Shown here: positions 8,572 to 19,699 of the stretch, in pieces
Layout: the number at the start of each line of letters is the position of its first letter
Numbering within the stretch: position 1 is the first letter of the stretch
Assembly (NCBI GenBank): GCA_902522115.1
Contig: CABYUV010000006.1
Coordinates: forward strand, 590 to 64,589
DNA: 64,000 nt
Direction: 5' to 3'
From: an uncultured Pelagibacteraceae bacterium
GTDB taxonomy: Bacteria > Pseudomonadota > Alphaproteobacteria > Pelagibacterales > Pelagibacteraceae
Notes under the pieces: model-generated
What the model was told of the DNA's origin: nothing
The model's database searches: none
Seen by the model: the letters and a program-made list of their open reading frames with translations, nothing else
Made by a program: the position numbers and the translations under genes

Positions 8572-8615
8572 GTAAATTATGAGTGTACTGCTCTAACCAA
8601 CTGAGCTACAGGCCC
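8572..8615 (-). pseudogene. 5' half of tRNA(CAT), probably tRNA-Ile2; attachment site
   Basis: GGGCCTG-TA-GCTC-AGTTGGTTA-GAGC-A-GTACA-CT-CAT-AA-TTTAC, then AT-rich DNA with no T arm or 3' acceptor strand. Confidence 0.85.
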
Positions 8616-8673
8616 AAAACTAGTAACTAGTTATATCATTTTTTTGCTGTTAGCAATTATAGATAATAGATAA

Positions 8674-8748
8674 TGGTGGGCCGTGTTGGTTACGCTCCAA
8701 CTACCCCTGCAATGTCAATGCAGTACTCTACTATTGAGCTAACGGCCC
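8674..8748 (-). tRNA. tRNA-Val(GAC) with atypical D and T loops
   Basis: Full cloverleaf GGGCCGT...ACGGCCC-ACCA; anticodon arm CTGCA-TTGACAT-TGCAG; T arm GTTGG-AGCGTAA-CCAAC. Confidence 0.9.
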
Positions 8749-8756
8749 ATTAAAGC

Positions 8757-10580
8757 TTAATTTTCTAAAAAACTTTTTAATTGTTTTGATCTACTAGGAT
8801 GTTTTAATTTTCGTAAAGCTTTAGCTTCAATTTGTCTTATTCTTTCTCTAGTGACTGAGAATTGTAAACCAACCTCTTCCAATGTGTGATCAGTGTTCAT
8901 ACCAACTCCAAATCTCATTCTAAGCACCCTTTCCTCTCTTGGAGTCAATGTTGATAAAATCTTAGTTGTGGCTTCACCAAGATTTGATTTAATTGCTTGT
9001 TCCAAAGGTGCTAGAGCTTTCGTATCTTCAATAAAATCTCCAAGACTGCTATCTTCTTCGTCACCTACAGGTTTTTCTAGAGATACTGGCTCTTTTGATA
9101 TTTTTAAAACTTTTCTAACTTTATCTAGTGGCATTCTTAGTTTTTGAGCTAGTTCCTCTGGTGTTGCTTCTCTACCAAACTCACTTAATATTAACCTTTG
9201 AGTTCTTACAATTTTATTTATTGTTTCAATCATATGAACTGGAATCCTAATAGTCCTAGCTTGGTCAGCAATTGATCTTGTTATAGCCTGTCTAATCCAC
9301 CAAGTTGCATAAGTTGAAAATTTATAACCTCTTCTATATTCAAATTTATCTACTGCTTTCATTAGACCTATATTTCCCTCTTGAATTAGATCTAAAAACT
9401 GAAGTCCTCTATTTGTATATTTCTTCGCAATAGAAATAACTAACCTTAAATTGGCTTCAACCATTTCTTTTTTTGCAATTCTAGACTCTTTTTCACCTTT
9501 TTGAATTCTGCTAACTAACTTTTTAAATTCGGTAACTGAGATTCCAAGTTTATGACTAATCTCAATTAATCTTTCTCTAATATTTTTAAATTCTTCCTTA
9601 TTTTTTGAGAAAAACTGCTTCCAAATTGAATTAGTATCTAAAAACTTTTTAAAGTTTGGATTTATTTCATTTCCAACATAAAATTTAATAAATTCATTCC
9701 TTTGTATATTGTGATCCATTGCGAGTCTCAAAAGATTACCTTCTAAAGATATAATTTTTTTATTATCAGTATAATGTTTTTGTACAAGTTCCTCTAAAAC
9801 AGAGGGAGATAGTTGTAGAGATTTTATATTTTCTAAAATATCATTAACAATCTTTTCATAACCCTTTTCTTTAGCGCTTGAAAAAATTTGAGAATTCAAG
9901 ACACAATTTAATTTTTCTTTTTGGTATTTTATTAATTTTGTATACTCTTTTGTTAGAACATTTATTGTTTTAAGAACTTTTGGTTTTATCTCTGTTTCCA
10001 TTGCAGCCAAAGTTGGATTAAAATCATCCTCTTCGTCTGAAGAATTCTCTTCTTTATCTGTTTCTCCAGCATTTTTTTGTTTTGCACTTGGTCCTGTAGT
10101 TTCATCCTCCATATAATTTGTATCAATATCAATTATTTCTCTTACAAGAATTTCATCATTCTGAAGCTGATTATTCCACTCAAAAAATTGCTGAGCTGTT
10201 ATTGGACTCTGTGAAAGAGCAATCAGCATTACATCCTTTCCTGCTTCAATTCTTTTTGCTATTGCGATCTCTCCTTCTCTAGAAAGTAGCTCAACTCCTC
10301 CCATTTCACGTAAATACATTCTGATTGGATCGTCGCTCTTTTCAATTGTTTTACCTTCTTCTTTGTTTGAATTTTCTTTTTTTCTTAAAACTTTAAAGTC
10401 AGATTTTTTTTCTACTAAAACAATTTTCTCGTCTAAAATATGAATGAAAGCTTGGGATAAATTTTCGTCAGATAAATTTCTCTTTCCTAAAGATTTACTT
10501 AATTCTTCATAGGTAATGAAACCTCTATGAGTTCCTCTACCCATAAGTCTAGCAAATGATTTTGTAATAATTCTTTCCAC
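8757..10580 (-). CDS. rpoD: RNA polymerase sigma factor RpoD
   Basis: [55 protein letters not shown]. Confidence 0.98.
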   Translation of the reverse strand: MERIITKSFARLMGRGTHRGFITYEELSKSLGKRNLSDENLSQAFIHILDEKIVLVEKKSDFKVLRKKENSNKEEGKTIEKSDDPIRMYLREMGGVELLSREGEIAIAKRIEAGKDVMLIALSQSPITAQQFFEWNNQLQNDEILVREIIDIDTNYMEDETTGPSAKQKNAGETDKEENSSDEEDDFNPTLAAMETEIKPKVLKTINVLTKEYTKLIKYQKEKLNCVLNSQIFSSAKEKGYEKIVNDILENIKSLQLSPSVLEELVQKHYTDNKKIISLEGNLLRLAMDHNIQRNEFIKFYVGNEINPNFKKFLDTNSIWKQFFSKNKEEFKNIRERLIEISHKLGISVTEFKKLVSRIQKGEKESRIAKKEMVEANLRLVISIAKKYTNRGLQFLDLIQEGNIGLMKAVDKFEYRRGYKFSTYATWWIRQAITRSIADQARTIRIPVHMIETINKIVRTQRLILSEFGREATPEELAQKLRMPLDKVRKVLKISKEPVSLEKPVGDEEDSSLGDFIEDTKALAPLEQAIKSNLGEATTKILSTLTPREERVLRMRFGVGMNTDHTLEEVGLQFSVTRERIRQIEAKALRKLKHPSRSKQLKSFLEN

Positions 10581-10647
10581 GATAATTTGAGTTAAGATGT
10601 CTTATATAATGTCAATTATATAAAAATCTATTATTAATTTAGTCAGT

Positions 10648-12423
10648 TTAGTTGAGATTCTGCTTTTTTTTGAGCTCTTTTAACTCATTAAATGTAGACT
10701 CGCTCATATCTACAGAAAACTTCGATTCTAATTCCTGGATTCTGAAATCAAGGTCATAATTCATTAAGTCTCTAGAAATGTCATCTATTAATTCTGTTAT
10801 CTTTTGATCATCATCAGATTGATTTTTTATAATATGTTTAATTGGTGCAAATTTATTTATTTTTTCTATTAATTGAAGATCCAAATTAAGGTCTTGAATT
10901 GTGATTTGTGAACTAGATTTCAATTTTTCAACTATCATCTCAAATATCTTTTTATTAAACTCGGTAAATAATTTAATATTTTCAATCAAATGAATATTTG
11001 CTTGCAACAAATCTAATTTATTAATAACCAAATATAATAAGGAAAGCTCTTTTAATTCAACACCAGTCAAAGACTGACTCTCTTGAAAATATTTTTTTGT
11101 ACTTTCTAAAGATTTTATTTTTTTTGAATAAAATCTTTTATTATTTTGGTTGGAATGAGGGGTTAACTCAGCAATTTTTTCTAAAAAATATTCTAAAACA
11201 TATTTTTTAATAAAATCGTCTTTAATTGTGTTTGCTATTCCTCTTAGTTTTTTCTCAAAAATAGCCATCGATGATGGGTTATTTTTAGTTTGTTTTTTAT
11301 AATGAATAAAAATAAATTGATGAATTGACAATTTAGTTTTCTTTGTAAATTCTATAAAATTAGCTTTACCATTTTTATTCACATAACTATCTGGATCTTC
11401 TTTATCTGGCAGAAATAAAAATGAGATTTGTTTTTCAGGTTTCAGCTCTTTAATTGAATTTTCAGCAGCTCTAACAGCAGCTTTATACCCGCTTTCATCA
11501 CCATCAAAGCAAATTATGATATCATCAAAAAATTGGTTTAAAGTTGTAATTTGCTTGTCAGTTAAAGATGTACCAAGGTTTGCTACTGCGTTATCAATTC
11601 CATATTTGCTGAGACCTACAACATCCATATATCCTTCAACTAAATAAATGTGATCAATTTTAGTAGAAAATTTTCTTGCTAGGTCCAAATTATATAAATT
11701 TGAACCTTTTTTAAAAAAATTTGTTTCAGGTGAATTTATATATTTGGCAAAGTAATCTAGATTTTCAATTATCCTTCCACCTAAAGCTATTGGTTGGCCT
11801 GAAATATTATTAATTGGAAATATTAATCGACCTCTAAATCTTTCGACATAAATTTTATTTTTCTCATCGAAATAGAATAAACCTGTTTCTACTAAAGTTT
11901 GTTCGTTATGGTCTTTTTTTAATTTTTCAAAATAATTTGGATTTTTTTCTATGTACCCTATTTTAAATTTTTTTACTTCATCTTTACCTAACGATCTCTT
12001 TTTTAAATAATCTCTGGCAATATAATAATTTTCATTTCTCAAAAGTTCATTGTGATAAAAATCTACATAATTACTAAAAATAGATTTATACACATTCCAT
12101 TTTTTCTCTCTTTCTTCATCTTTTTTTGAAAACAAATAAGGTTGCATACCCGCTAATTGCGCTAAATATTTAACAGCTTCACCAAACTTAAAATTTTGCG
12201 TTTTAATTACAAAATCAAAAATATTGCCATGTTCAGAAGTTGCAAAACAATGATAAAATTCTTTTTCATCATTTACAGTAAATGAGGGTGTTTTTTCATT
12301 TTTGAAAGGTGATAAACCTACAAATTCTTTACCTCTTTTTTTTAAAGAGACTGTTTTTGATACTACTGTTGAAACTTTCAACCTATTTTTAATTTCATCA
12401 AGATACTCTTTTGGATATTTCAT
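10648..12423 (-). CDS. dnaG: DNA primase
   Basis: EKTPSF...YHCF, KYINSPET, VEGYMDV, FDGDESG, DPD. Confidence 0.97.
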   Translation of the reverse strand: MKYPKEYLDEIKNRLKVSTVVSKTVSLKKRGKEFVGLSPFKNEKTPSFTVNDEKEFYHCFATSEHGNIFDFVIKTQNFKFGEAVKYLAQLAGMQPYLFSKKDEEREKKWNVYKSIFSNYVDFYHNELLRNENYYIARDYLKKRSLGKDEVKKFKIGYIEKNPNYFEKLKKDHNEQTLVETGLFYFDEKNKIYVERFRGRLIFPINNISGQPIALGGRIIENLDYFAKYINSPETNFFKKGSNLYNLDLARKFSTKIDHIYLVEGYMDVVGLSKYGIDNAVANLGTSLTDKQITTLNQFFDDIIICFDGDESGYKAAVRAAENSIKELKPEKQISFLFLPDKEDPDSYVNKNGKANFIEFTKKTKLSIHQFIFIHYKKQTKNNPSSMAIFEKKLRGIANTIKDDFIKKYVLEYFLEKIAELTPHSNQNNKRFYSKKIKSLESTKKYFQESQSLTGVELKELSLLYLVINKLDLLQANIHLIENIKLFTEFNKKIFEMIVEKLKSSSQITIQDLNLDLQLIEKINKFAPIKHIIKNQSDDDQKITELIDDISRDLMNYDLDFRIQELESKFSVDMSESTFNELKELKKKQNLN

Positions 12424-12884
12424 TATTTGCTTAACAATTCTTTTATCAATGATCCTGCTTTTGAAAAATCAATTTCGTCTGCATGAGTTTTTTTGAGTTC
12501 GCCTATAACTTTTCCCATATCTTTTAATGAAGTTGCTCCAATTTTCGAAATAACATCTCCACAAATTTTCATTGTTTCTTCTTCACTAAGCTGCTTTGGT
12601 AAAAAACTTGTTAAAATATCGTATTCATTTTGTTCAACCTCTAAAAGGTCCGTTCTATTATTTTTTTTATAAATATCTATCGATTCGGCCCGCTGCTTAA
12701 CCATTTTTCTCAAAAGTTTCTTAATATCTTCATTATCAGTCTCCTTTTTATTAGGGCCTGATCTGTTAACAATGTCTAAGTCCTTAATTGAAGATAATAT
12801 TAACCTATAGGTTGATATTTTATTTTTATCTTTAGATTTAAGAGCATTTTTATATTCATTTTCGATAGTCTGTTTTAATGACAT
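12423..12884 (-). CDS. GatB/YqeY domain protein
   Basis: KQRAESI..Y...R.DL...E, FLPKQLS, KDMGKVIG; upstream of dnaG. Confidence 0.92.
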   Translation of the reverse strand: MSLKQTIENEYKNALKSKDKNKISTYRLILSSIKDLDIVNRSGPNKKETDNEDIKKLLRKMVKQRAESIDIYKKNNRTDLLEVEQNEYDILTSFLPKQLSEEETMKICGDVISKIGATSLKDMGKVIGELKKTHADEIDFSKAGSLIKELLSK

Positions 12885-13010
12885 AATTTTTTAATCTACT
12901 TTAAAGAAAAAATTCTTCAAAAGAAAAATTGTTTTTTTACATTTTTATATTACATCTCTGTTGCGATAATAAAGCAATTATTGTATTAACCTTTAACTCA
13001 TGAGTTGTAA

Positions 13011-14207
13011 TTGAAGAAAAAATCAAAAAAAATTAACTCAAATACAAAATCACAGATCAATACAGGCGTTTTAGTTCTTGAAAATAAAAAGGTATTTAAA
13101 GGAATTGGAATTGGATACCAAGGAGAGGCTACAGGAGAAGTTTGTTTTAATACATCATTAACAGGATATCAGGAGATCATTTCTGATCCTTCATATGCTG
13201 GTCAAATTATTAACTTTACCTTTCCTCATATAGGAAATGTTGGGACCAATAAAGAGGATCATGAGTCTGATAAAATATGGGCCAGGGGAATAATTATTAA
13301 CTCTGAGATAACTTCACCCTCAAATTACAGATCGATGCTTCATTTAGATTCTTGGCTTAAGAAAAATAAAATTGTTGGAATTACTGGCTTGGATACCAGA
13401 AGCCTTACAAACTTTATAAGAAATAAAGGGGCACCTAAGGGAACAATATCTTATTCAAAAAATGGAAAGTTTAATATTAGTAAACTAACTAATAACACAA
13501 TTAAATGGAGTGGATTAAAAAATTTAGATCTTGCACAAGTAGTTTCAACTAAGAAAAATTATTCTTGGAAAGGCCTAAAAACTTGGAAAAAAGAGTCAGG
13601 ATATAAAAAGAATAATAAAAATTTATTTCATGTGGTTGCGGTTGATTATGGGATAAAAAAAAATATATTAAGATATTTCTCTGACTTCAACTGCAAGATT
13701 ACTGTTGTTTCTTGCAAAACAAATGCACAAAAAATACTAGATTTGAAACCAAATGGAATTTTTTTATCTAATGGACCAGGAGACCCAGCTGCAACTGGAA
13801 AATATTCAATCGCTATAATTAATGAGCTTATAAAAAATAATTTACCTATATTTGGTATTTGTTTGGGTCATCAGATTTTGGCATTGGCTTTAGGTGGCAA
13901 AACAAAAAAAATGAAGTTAGGACATAGAGGCGCAAACCATCCTGTTAAAAATTTGGTTCATGACAAAGTTGAAATAACTAGTCAAAATCATGGGTTTGTA
14001 GTGGTTGAAGAAAATTTACCAAAAAAAATTGAAGTAACTCATAAATCTCTTTTTGATAATACTATTGAAGGAATAAGGCTTAAAAATAAACCAATATTTT
14101 CAGTTCAATATCATCCAGAATCTAATCCTGGACCCCAAGATAGTGTTTATTTGTTTCAAGAATTTATCAACAACATGAAAAAAAATGCCAAAAAGAAAAG
14201 ATATTAA
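13011..14207 (+). CDS. carA: Carbamoyl-phosphate synthase small subunit
   Basis: [27 protein letters not shown]; TTG start uncertain. Confidence 0.97.
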   Translation: MKKKSKKINSNTKSQINTGVLVLENKKVFKGIGIGYQGEATGEVCFNTSLTGYQEIISDPSYAGQIINFTFPHIGNVGTNKEDHESDKIWARGIIINSEITSPSNYRSMLHLDSWLKKNKIVGITGLDTRSLTNFIRNKGAPKGTISYSKNGKFNISKLTNNTIKWSGLKNLDLAQVVSTKKNYSWKGLKTWKKESGYKKNNKNLFHVVAVDYGIKKNILRYFSDFNCKITVVSCKTNAQKILDLKPNGIFLSNGPGDPAATGKYSIAIINELIKNNLPIFGICLGHQILALALGGKTKKMKLGHRGANHPVKNLVHDKVEITSQNHGFVVVEENLPKKIEVTHKSLFDNTIEGIRLKNKPIFSVQYHPESNPGPQDSVYLFQEFINNMKKNAKKKRY

Positions 14208-17200
14208 AAAAATTTTAGTCGTAGGCGCTGGTCCAATAATTATAGGACAAGCATGTGAATTTGATTATTCAGGAACGCAAGCTTGTAAAGCTCTTAAAGA
14301 TGAGGGTTATAAAGTAGTCTTAATAAACTCAAATCCTGCAACAATTATGACTGATCCAGATGTTGCGGATAAAACTTATATTGAACCAATTACACCAGAT
14401 GTATTAGAAAAAATTCTCAAAAAAGAAAAACCAGATGCAATTCTACCAACGATGGGTGGGCAAACTGCACTTAACCTTGCAATGGAAGCAGAGAAAAAAG
14501 GAATTTTAAAAAAATACAAAATAGAATTGATAGGAGCAAATTCTAAAGCAATTTCTAATGCCGAGGACAGAAAGAAATTTAGAAAAAATATGATTGATAT
14601 TGGTTTAGATTTGCCGAAATCTGAGATAGTCAATAACAATAATCAAGCATTAAAAGTATTAAAAAAAATTGGATTACCAGCAATCATAAGACCTGCGTTT
14701 ACACTTGGTGGACTTGGTGGAGGAATAGCTAAAACTAAAAAAGATTATTTTAAGATAGTTAAAAATGGATTACATGAGTCTCCCGTAAGTCAAGTGCTTG
14801 TAGAGGAATGTTTGGAAGGTTGGAAAGAATTTGAGATGGAGGTAGTAAGGGATAAGAAAGATAACTGCATCATAATTTGCTCAATTGAAAATATAGATCC
14901 AATGGGAATTCACACTGGTGACTCTGTTACGATTGCACCAGCTATTACTCTTACAGATAAAGAATATCAAGTAATGAGAAATGCTTCTATTGCGTGTTTA
15001 AGAAAAATTGGAGTTGAAACTGGAGGATCAAATGTTCAATTCGCTATCAACCCAAAAAATGGTCGAATGGTTGTCATTGAAATGAACCCGCGTGTATCAA
15101 GATCATCTGCACTAGCATCTAAAGCTACAGGATTTCCAATCGCAAAAGTGGCTGCAAAGTTAGCAGTTGGCTATACTCTAGATGAATTAAAAAATGAAAT
15201 AACTAAAGTTACACCTGCATCATTTGAACCAAGTATAGATTATGTTGTAACTAAAATTCCAAGATTTACATTTGAAAAATTTTCTACTTCTCCTGCAACC
15301 CTAGGAACCTCTATGAAATCAGTAGGTGAAGCAATGTCAATAGGAAGAAACTTTAAAGAGTCTTTACAAAAGGCACTTATATCTCTTGAAACTGGTTTTT
15401 CAGGTTTAGACAGAATTTTTGATTTAAATAAAAAACAAATTGAAAAGAAACTTAAAGAAACTATTCCAAATAAGATATTGCTAGTCGCTGAAGCAATTAG
15501 AAAAAAAATAGACTTAAATAAAATATATAGTTTATCTAAAATTGATCCTTGGTTTTTAGAACAAATTAAAGAAATAGTTGATTGTGAAACAGAGTTAAAA
15601 ACTAAGGGACTCCCAAGGGATTTTGTAGAATTTAATAGAATAAAATCAATAGGATTTTCAGATAAAAAACTTTCGGAATTAACTAAAACATCTGAAGAAA
15701 TTGTCAGAAAAAAAAGATCAGCGCTTAAAATACTTCCAGTTTATAAAAAAGTAGATACTTGTGCAGCTGAATTCAAATCTTTCACTCCTTACATGTACTC
15801 AACTTACCAAAGAAATTTTTCAATTAACTCAGAATGTGAAGCTGATCCATCCAATAAGAAAAAAATAATTATTCTTGGAGGAGGACCAAATAGAATTGGT
15901 CAAGGAATTGAGTTTGATTATTGCTGTTGCCAGGCAAGTTTTTCATTAAAAGATGCAGGTTTTGAAACAATAATGGTAAACTGTAACCCTGAAACAGTAT
16001 CAACAGATTATGACACAAGTGATCGATTATACTTTGAACCTTTAAAAGAAGAATACGTTTTTAACATAATTAAAAAAGAACAAGAAAAAGGAAATCTTAT
16101 AGGTGTAATAGCTCAATTTGGTGGCCAAACTCCAATTAAACTTGCAAAATTTTTACATGACAACAAGCTGCCAATTTTAGGAACGCAATATACCTCTATT
16201 GATTTAGCAGAAGATAGAGACCGCTTTAGAAATTTATTAAATAAATTAAAACTCAAACAAGCAGAGAGTGGAATTGCAAAAACATTTAATCAGGCAATAA
16301 AAATCGCAGACAAAATTGGGTTACCCTTAATGGTTAGACCTTCTTATGTTTTAGGTGGTAGAGCAATGGAAATTGTTCATGAAAAAAATCAGCTTAAGAA
16401 ATTTGTTGAAGAGGCATTTAAAGCAGCGGAGGAAAATCCAATTTTAATTGATAAATTTATTGATCACGCAATGGAAGTAGATGTGGATGCCATATCAGAT
16501 GGAAAACAAGTTCATGTTGCAGGTATTATGCAGCATATCGAGGAAGCTGGAATTCATTCAGGAGATTCAGCATGTAGCCTCCCCCCTGTATCTATAAAAC
16601 CATACCTACTTAAAGAAATTGAAAATCAAACAAAAAAATTAGCAATAGCATTAAATGTTAAAGGTTTCATGAACATACAGTTTGCAATTAAGAAAGATGA
16701 AATTTATGTGATTGAAGTTAATCCAAGAGCCAGTCGAACAGTTCCTTTTGTATCAAAAGCAAAAGGTTTGCCTCTAGCTAAAATTGCATCAAGAGTAATG
16801 GCTGGTGAAAAATTATCTAAGTTTAATTTAAAGGATAAATCCAAAGGTATGTATGCAGTTAAAGAGGCAGTATTCCCATTTAATAAATTTCCAAATAGTG
16901 ACTTATTGTTAGGACCAGAGATGAAATCAACTGGAGAAGTAATGGGATTTGATAAAAATTTCGGAATGGCTTTTGCCAAAAGTCAAATAGCAGCAGCCAA
17001 CTCATTACCAAAAGAAGGATTGGCTTTCATATCTCTTAAAGACTCGCATAAAGACGAAGGATTGGATTTAGCAAAAGATCTTTTAAAACTTAAATTTACA
17101 TTATGTGCAACTAAAGGAACTGCTGAATATATTCGAAAACATGGAATGAAATGTAAAATTATAAATAAAGTTAGTAGTGGAACTCCACATATAGTCGATG

Positions 17201-17409
17201 TTTTAGACTCAAAAAAAATTGCACTCGTAATAAACACTGGGGGTGGAAATAGTGAACACCGGTTAAGCGATGCTATAGCTTTAAGAAGAGCAACATTAAA
17301 AAATAAAGTCCCATACTGTACTAATATGTCTACTGCTCAAGCCTGTTTGGAGGCAATTAAATCTCTTAAGACAAAAAGATTAGAGGTTAATTCACTGCAA
17401 GATATTTAG
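14185..17409 (+). CDS. carB: Carbamoyl-phosphate synthase large subunit
   Basis: [10 protein letters not shown], duplicated ATP-grasp halves, C-terminal MGS domain. Confidence 0.98.
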   Translation: MPKRKDIKKILVVGAGPIIIGQACEFDYSGTQACKALKDEGYKVVLINSNPATIMTDPDVADKTYIEPITPDVLEKILKKEKPDAILPTMGGQTALNLAMEAEKKGILKKYKIELIGANSKAISNAEDRKKFRKNMIDIGLDLPKSEIVNNNNQALKVLKKIGLPAIIRPAFTLGGLGGGIAKTKKDYFKIVKNGLHESPVSQVLVEECLEGWKEFEMEVVRDKKDNCIIICSIENIDPMGIHTGDSVTIAPAITLTDKEYQVMRNASIACLRKIGVETGGSNVQFAINPKNGRMVVIEMNPRVSRSSALASKATGFPIAKVAAKLAVGYTLDELKNEITKVTPASFEPSIDYVVTKIPRFTFEKFSTSPATLGTSMKSVGEAMSIGRNFKESLQKALISLETGFSGLDRIFDLNKKQIEKKLKETIPNKILLVAEAIRKKIDLNKIYSLSKIDPWFLEQIKEIVDCETELKTKGLPRDFVEFNRIKSIGFSDKKLSELTKTSEEIVRKKRSALKILPVYKKVDTCAAEFKSFTPYMYSTYQRNFSINSECEADPSNKKKIIILGGGPNRIGQGIEFDYCCCQASFSLKDAGFETIMVNCNPETVSTDYDTSDRLYFEPLKEEYVFNIIKKEQEKGNLIGVIAQFGGQTPIKLAKFLHDNKLPILGTQYTSIDLAEDRDRFRNLLNKLKLKQAESGIAKTFNQAIKIADKIGLPLMVRPSYVLGGRAMEIVHEKNQLKKFVEEAFKAAEENPILIDKFIDHAMEVDVDAISDGKQVHVAGIMQHIEEAGIHSGDSACSLPPVSIKPYLLKEIENQTKKLAIALNVKGFMNIQFAIKKDEIYVIEVNPRASRTVPFVSKAKGLPLAKIASRVMAGEKLSKFNLKDKSKGMYAVKEAVFPFNKFPNSDLLLGPEMKSTGEVMGFDKNFGMAFAKSQIAAANSLPKEGLAFISLKDSHKDEGLDLAKDLLKLKFTLCATKGTAEYIRKHGMKCKIINKVSSGTPHIVDVLDSKKIALVINTGGGNSEHRLSDAIALRRATLKNKVPYCTNMSTAQACLEAIKSLKTKRLEVNSLQDI

Positions 17410-17415
17410 TAAATT

Positions 17416-18861
17416 CTAAACATCAACTATCATTGTATCTTTAGATCCTCCACCTTGTGAACTATTTACAATTGTGCTCCCTTTCCTTAATGCAACTCTT
17501 GTTAAACCACCAGATGTTACGTAAATAGATTTTCCACTTAACACAAAAGGTCTTAAATCAACATGTCTTGGCTCTATATTGCTTTCAGTGATCGTAGGAA
17601 GGGTTGATAAAATTTCTAAAGGCTGAGCTATAAATTCTCTTGGTTTACTTTTTATTTTTTGAATCATTTCATCTTTTTCTTTTTTTGATGCTCTAGCACC
17701 AATTAAAATACCATATCCTCCAGACGCATTAGCCGGTTTAACAACTAAGTTTGAAATGTTTTCAATAACATAATCTCTATCTTTTTTCTCATGACACAAA
17801 AAAGTTTCAACTTGATTTATTTTAGGTTGCTCGCCTAGATAATAAACAATCATTTTATTTACATAAGAGTAAATAGCTTTGTCATCTGCTATACCTGTTC
17901 CAATTCCGTTTACTATTCCTACGTTTCCCTTTTTCCAACACTTAAAAAGTCCAGGAACTCCAATAAGTGATTCTTTGTAGAATACTTTGGGATCTAAAAA
18001 GTTGTCATCCAATCTTCTATATATACAATCTACTTTAAGTTTACCTTTAACAGTTTTCATATATACAATATCATTTTCCACGAACAAATCTTTACCTTCA
18101 ACGAGAGCTATTCCCATTTGTTCAGCTAAAAAAGAATGTTCAAAATAAGCTGAATTATAAATGCCAGGAGTCAGTACTACCATGTGAGGATTTTCAGTTC
18201 TTTTAGGTATGCATTCCTCCATACAGTGGTACAGTTTATTTGCGTATTGATGTATTGAGGAAACTTTATATCTTGTAAATAACTCTGGAAAAACATCCCT
18301 CATAACCATCCGATTTTCAAGCATATAAGATACACCTGATGGAACTCTCAAATTATCTTCCAAAACTAAGTATTCACCATTTATATTTCTAATAAGATCA
18401 ATTCCAGAAATGTTTGACCAAGCTTTATACTTTGGAGAAAAACCATCACATTCTTTTATATAATATGGCGAATTAAAAACTAATTCCTTAGGAACTACAT
18501 TATCTTTAAAAATTTTTTTTTTATTGTAGACATCGTCGATAAATAAATTAAGTGCTTTTACTCTTTGTGCCAACCCTTTTGAAATTTTGTTCCATACTGA
18601 TTTAGGAATTATTCTAGGAATTATATCTAAAGGCCATTTTTTTTCTTCTGCTCTATTGTTGGCTGCATAGACTCTAAAATTTATTCCTCTTGCACTAATT
18701 GTGCTTTGACAATTTTTTTCAATTTCTTGTAATTTTTTCTTTCCATTTCTCTCTAAAATACCAGAAATAATTTTAGCATGTTTTCTTATTTTACTATCAT
18801 CAGATATATAACCGTCGTAAGACGACTTTGAATCGTAATTTTTCCAGAATTGAGTAACCAT
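17416..18861 (-). CDS. Circularly permuted type 2 ATP-grasp protein
   Basis: PLDIIPRII, LEDNLRVPSGVSY, IYRRLDD, DLRPF, VNSSQGGGSKD. Confidence 0.92.
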   Translation of the reverse strand: MVTQFWKNYDSKSSYDGYISDDSKIRKHAKIISGILERNGKKKLQEIEKNCQSTISARGINFRVYAANNRAEEKKWPLDIIPRIIPKSVWNKISKGLAQRVKALNLFIDDVYNKKKIFKDNVVPKELVFNSPYYIKECDGFSPKYKAWSNISGIDLIRNINGEYLVLEDNLRVPSGVSYMLENRMVMRDVFPELFTRYKVSSIHQYANKLYHCMEECIPKRTENPHMVVLTPGIYNSAYFEHSFLAEQMGIALVEGKDLFVENDIVYMKTVKGKLKVDCIYRRLDDNFLDPKVFYKESLIGVPGLFKCWKKGNVGIVNGIGTGIADDKAIYSYVNKMIVYYLGEQPKINQVETFLCHEKKDRDYVIENISNLVVKPANASGGYGILIGARASKKEKDEMIQKIKSKPREFIAQPLEILSTLPTITESNIEPRHVDLRPFVLSGKSIYVTSGGLTRVALRKGSTIVNSSQGGGSKDTMIVDV

Positions 18862-18971
18862 AATATTTAATATTTTAATAAATATGCAAAATAGACAAAT
18901 GCGAAGAATGAATGTCAGTTATGCTAAAAATAGTTTGTAAAAATGTTTATTTTTAAATATCAATTACATCT

Positions 18972-19697
18972 ATGACATATTGTATAGGTATTAAAACTAA
19001 TGAAGGTCTTGTTTTTGCGTCAGACTCAAGAACGAATGCAGGTCTAGATAATGTAAATATATATTCAAAAATGATGACCCATGATGTTGGTGACAGAACT
19101 ATTGTAATAGTAACTTCAGGAAATTTAGGGACTTCACAAGCAGTTTATAAATCAATTGAGAAAGATTTAAAAAGCTCAACTGGGATAATGAACTTAAACA
19201 CATGCTCTGATTTCGAACAAATAGCTTCCTATATTGGTTCACTTAATATTGAGCACTCCTCACCTCAAGGAATTAATACAGATAATGTCTTACTTGGTTC
19301 AACATTTATAGTTGGAGGACAAATCAAAGGTCAGCAACACGAATTATATTTAATATATCCTCAAGGAAATTATATAAGACCTGCAGACAGCAAACCTTAT
19401 CTTGTAATTGGAGAAGTAAAATATGGTAAGCCAATATTAGATAGGGTAATCAAACCAAACGTATCTATTGGGGACGCATCACGTTGCGCATTAATTTCGA
19501 TGGACTCAACCTTAAAAAGCGATTTAACAGTAGGCCCACCAATAGATTTTGCAGTACACAAAAAAGATACGGAAAGATTAGCTTCACTTGAATGTTTAAA
19601 TCTTTCTGACGATACTTATTCTCGAGTTTGTAACCAGTGGTCAGAGGGAATATTTAAAGTTTTCGACTCATTTCCCAGATTTGATTGGGAAAAATAA
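18972..19697 (+). CDS. Anbu proteasome-type (Ntn) peptidase
   Basis: MTYCIG (N-terminal Thr), SDSRTNAG.D, IYPQGNY, IGE.KYGKPILDR, SMDST.KS..TVGPP. Confidence 0.92.
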   Translation: MTYCIGIKTNEGLVFASDSRTNAGLDNVNIYSKMMTHDVGDRTIVIVTSGNLGTSQAVYKSIEKDLKSSTGIMNLNTCSDFEQIASYIGSLNIEHSSPQGINTDNVLLGSTFIVGGQIKGQQHELYLIYPQGNYIRPADSKPYLVIGEVKYGKPILDRVIKPNVSIGDASRCALISMDSTLKSDLTVGPPIDFAVHKKDTERLASLECLNLSDDTYSRVCNQWSEGIFKVFDSFPRFDWEK

Positions 19698-19699
19698 AA

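Larger units (their letters stand above)
1..8576. mobile_element. Right part of a tRNA-integrated genomic island / satellite-like element (left end and integrase outside the window)
   Basis: Non-core cargo (defence pair, Cas4-like nuclease, RHH protein) abuts a tRNA(CAT) 5' half that breaks at the anticodon loop. Tandem GTTGGTAAA repeats lie ~75-95 bp inside. Core genes resume to the right. Confidence 0.8.

Noticed and set aside
8455-8578. Group I intron after the CAT anticodon, as in Azoarcus tRNA-Ile
   Set aside because: The following DNA is short, AT-rich, has no visible IGS or P7 core, and runs into the methyltransferase gene; an att junction fits better.
8618-8656. Small palindromes AACTAG-TAA-CTAGTT and TTGCT-GTT-AGCAA between the tRNAs
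   Set aside because: Short and AT-rich; probably part of the tRNA promoter or processing spacer, and not assignable.
18862-18971. NtrC or sigma54 site between the ATP-grasp and Anbu genes
   Set aside because: Only partial TGC..AAAATAG similarities; no GCAC-N7-GTGC or GG-N10-GC match.
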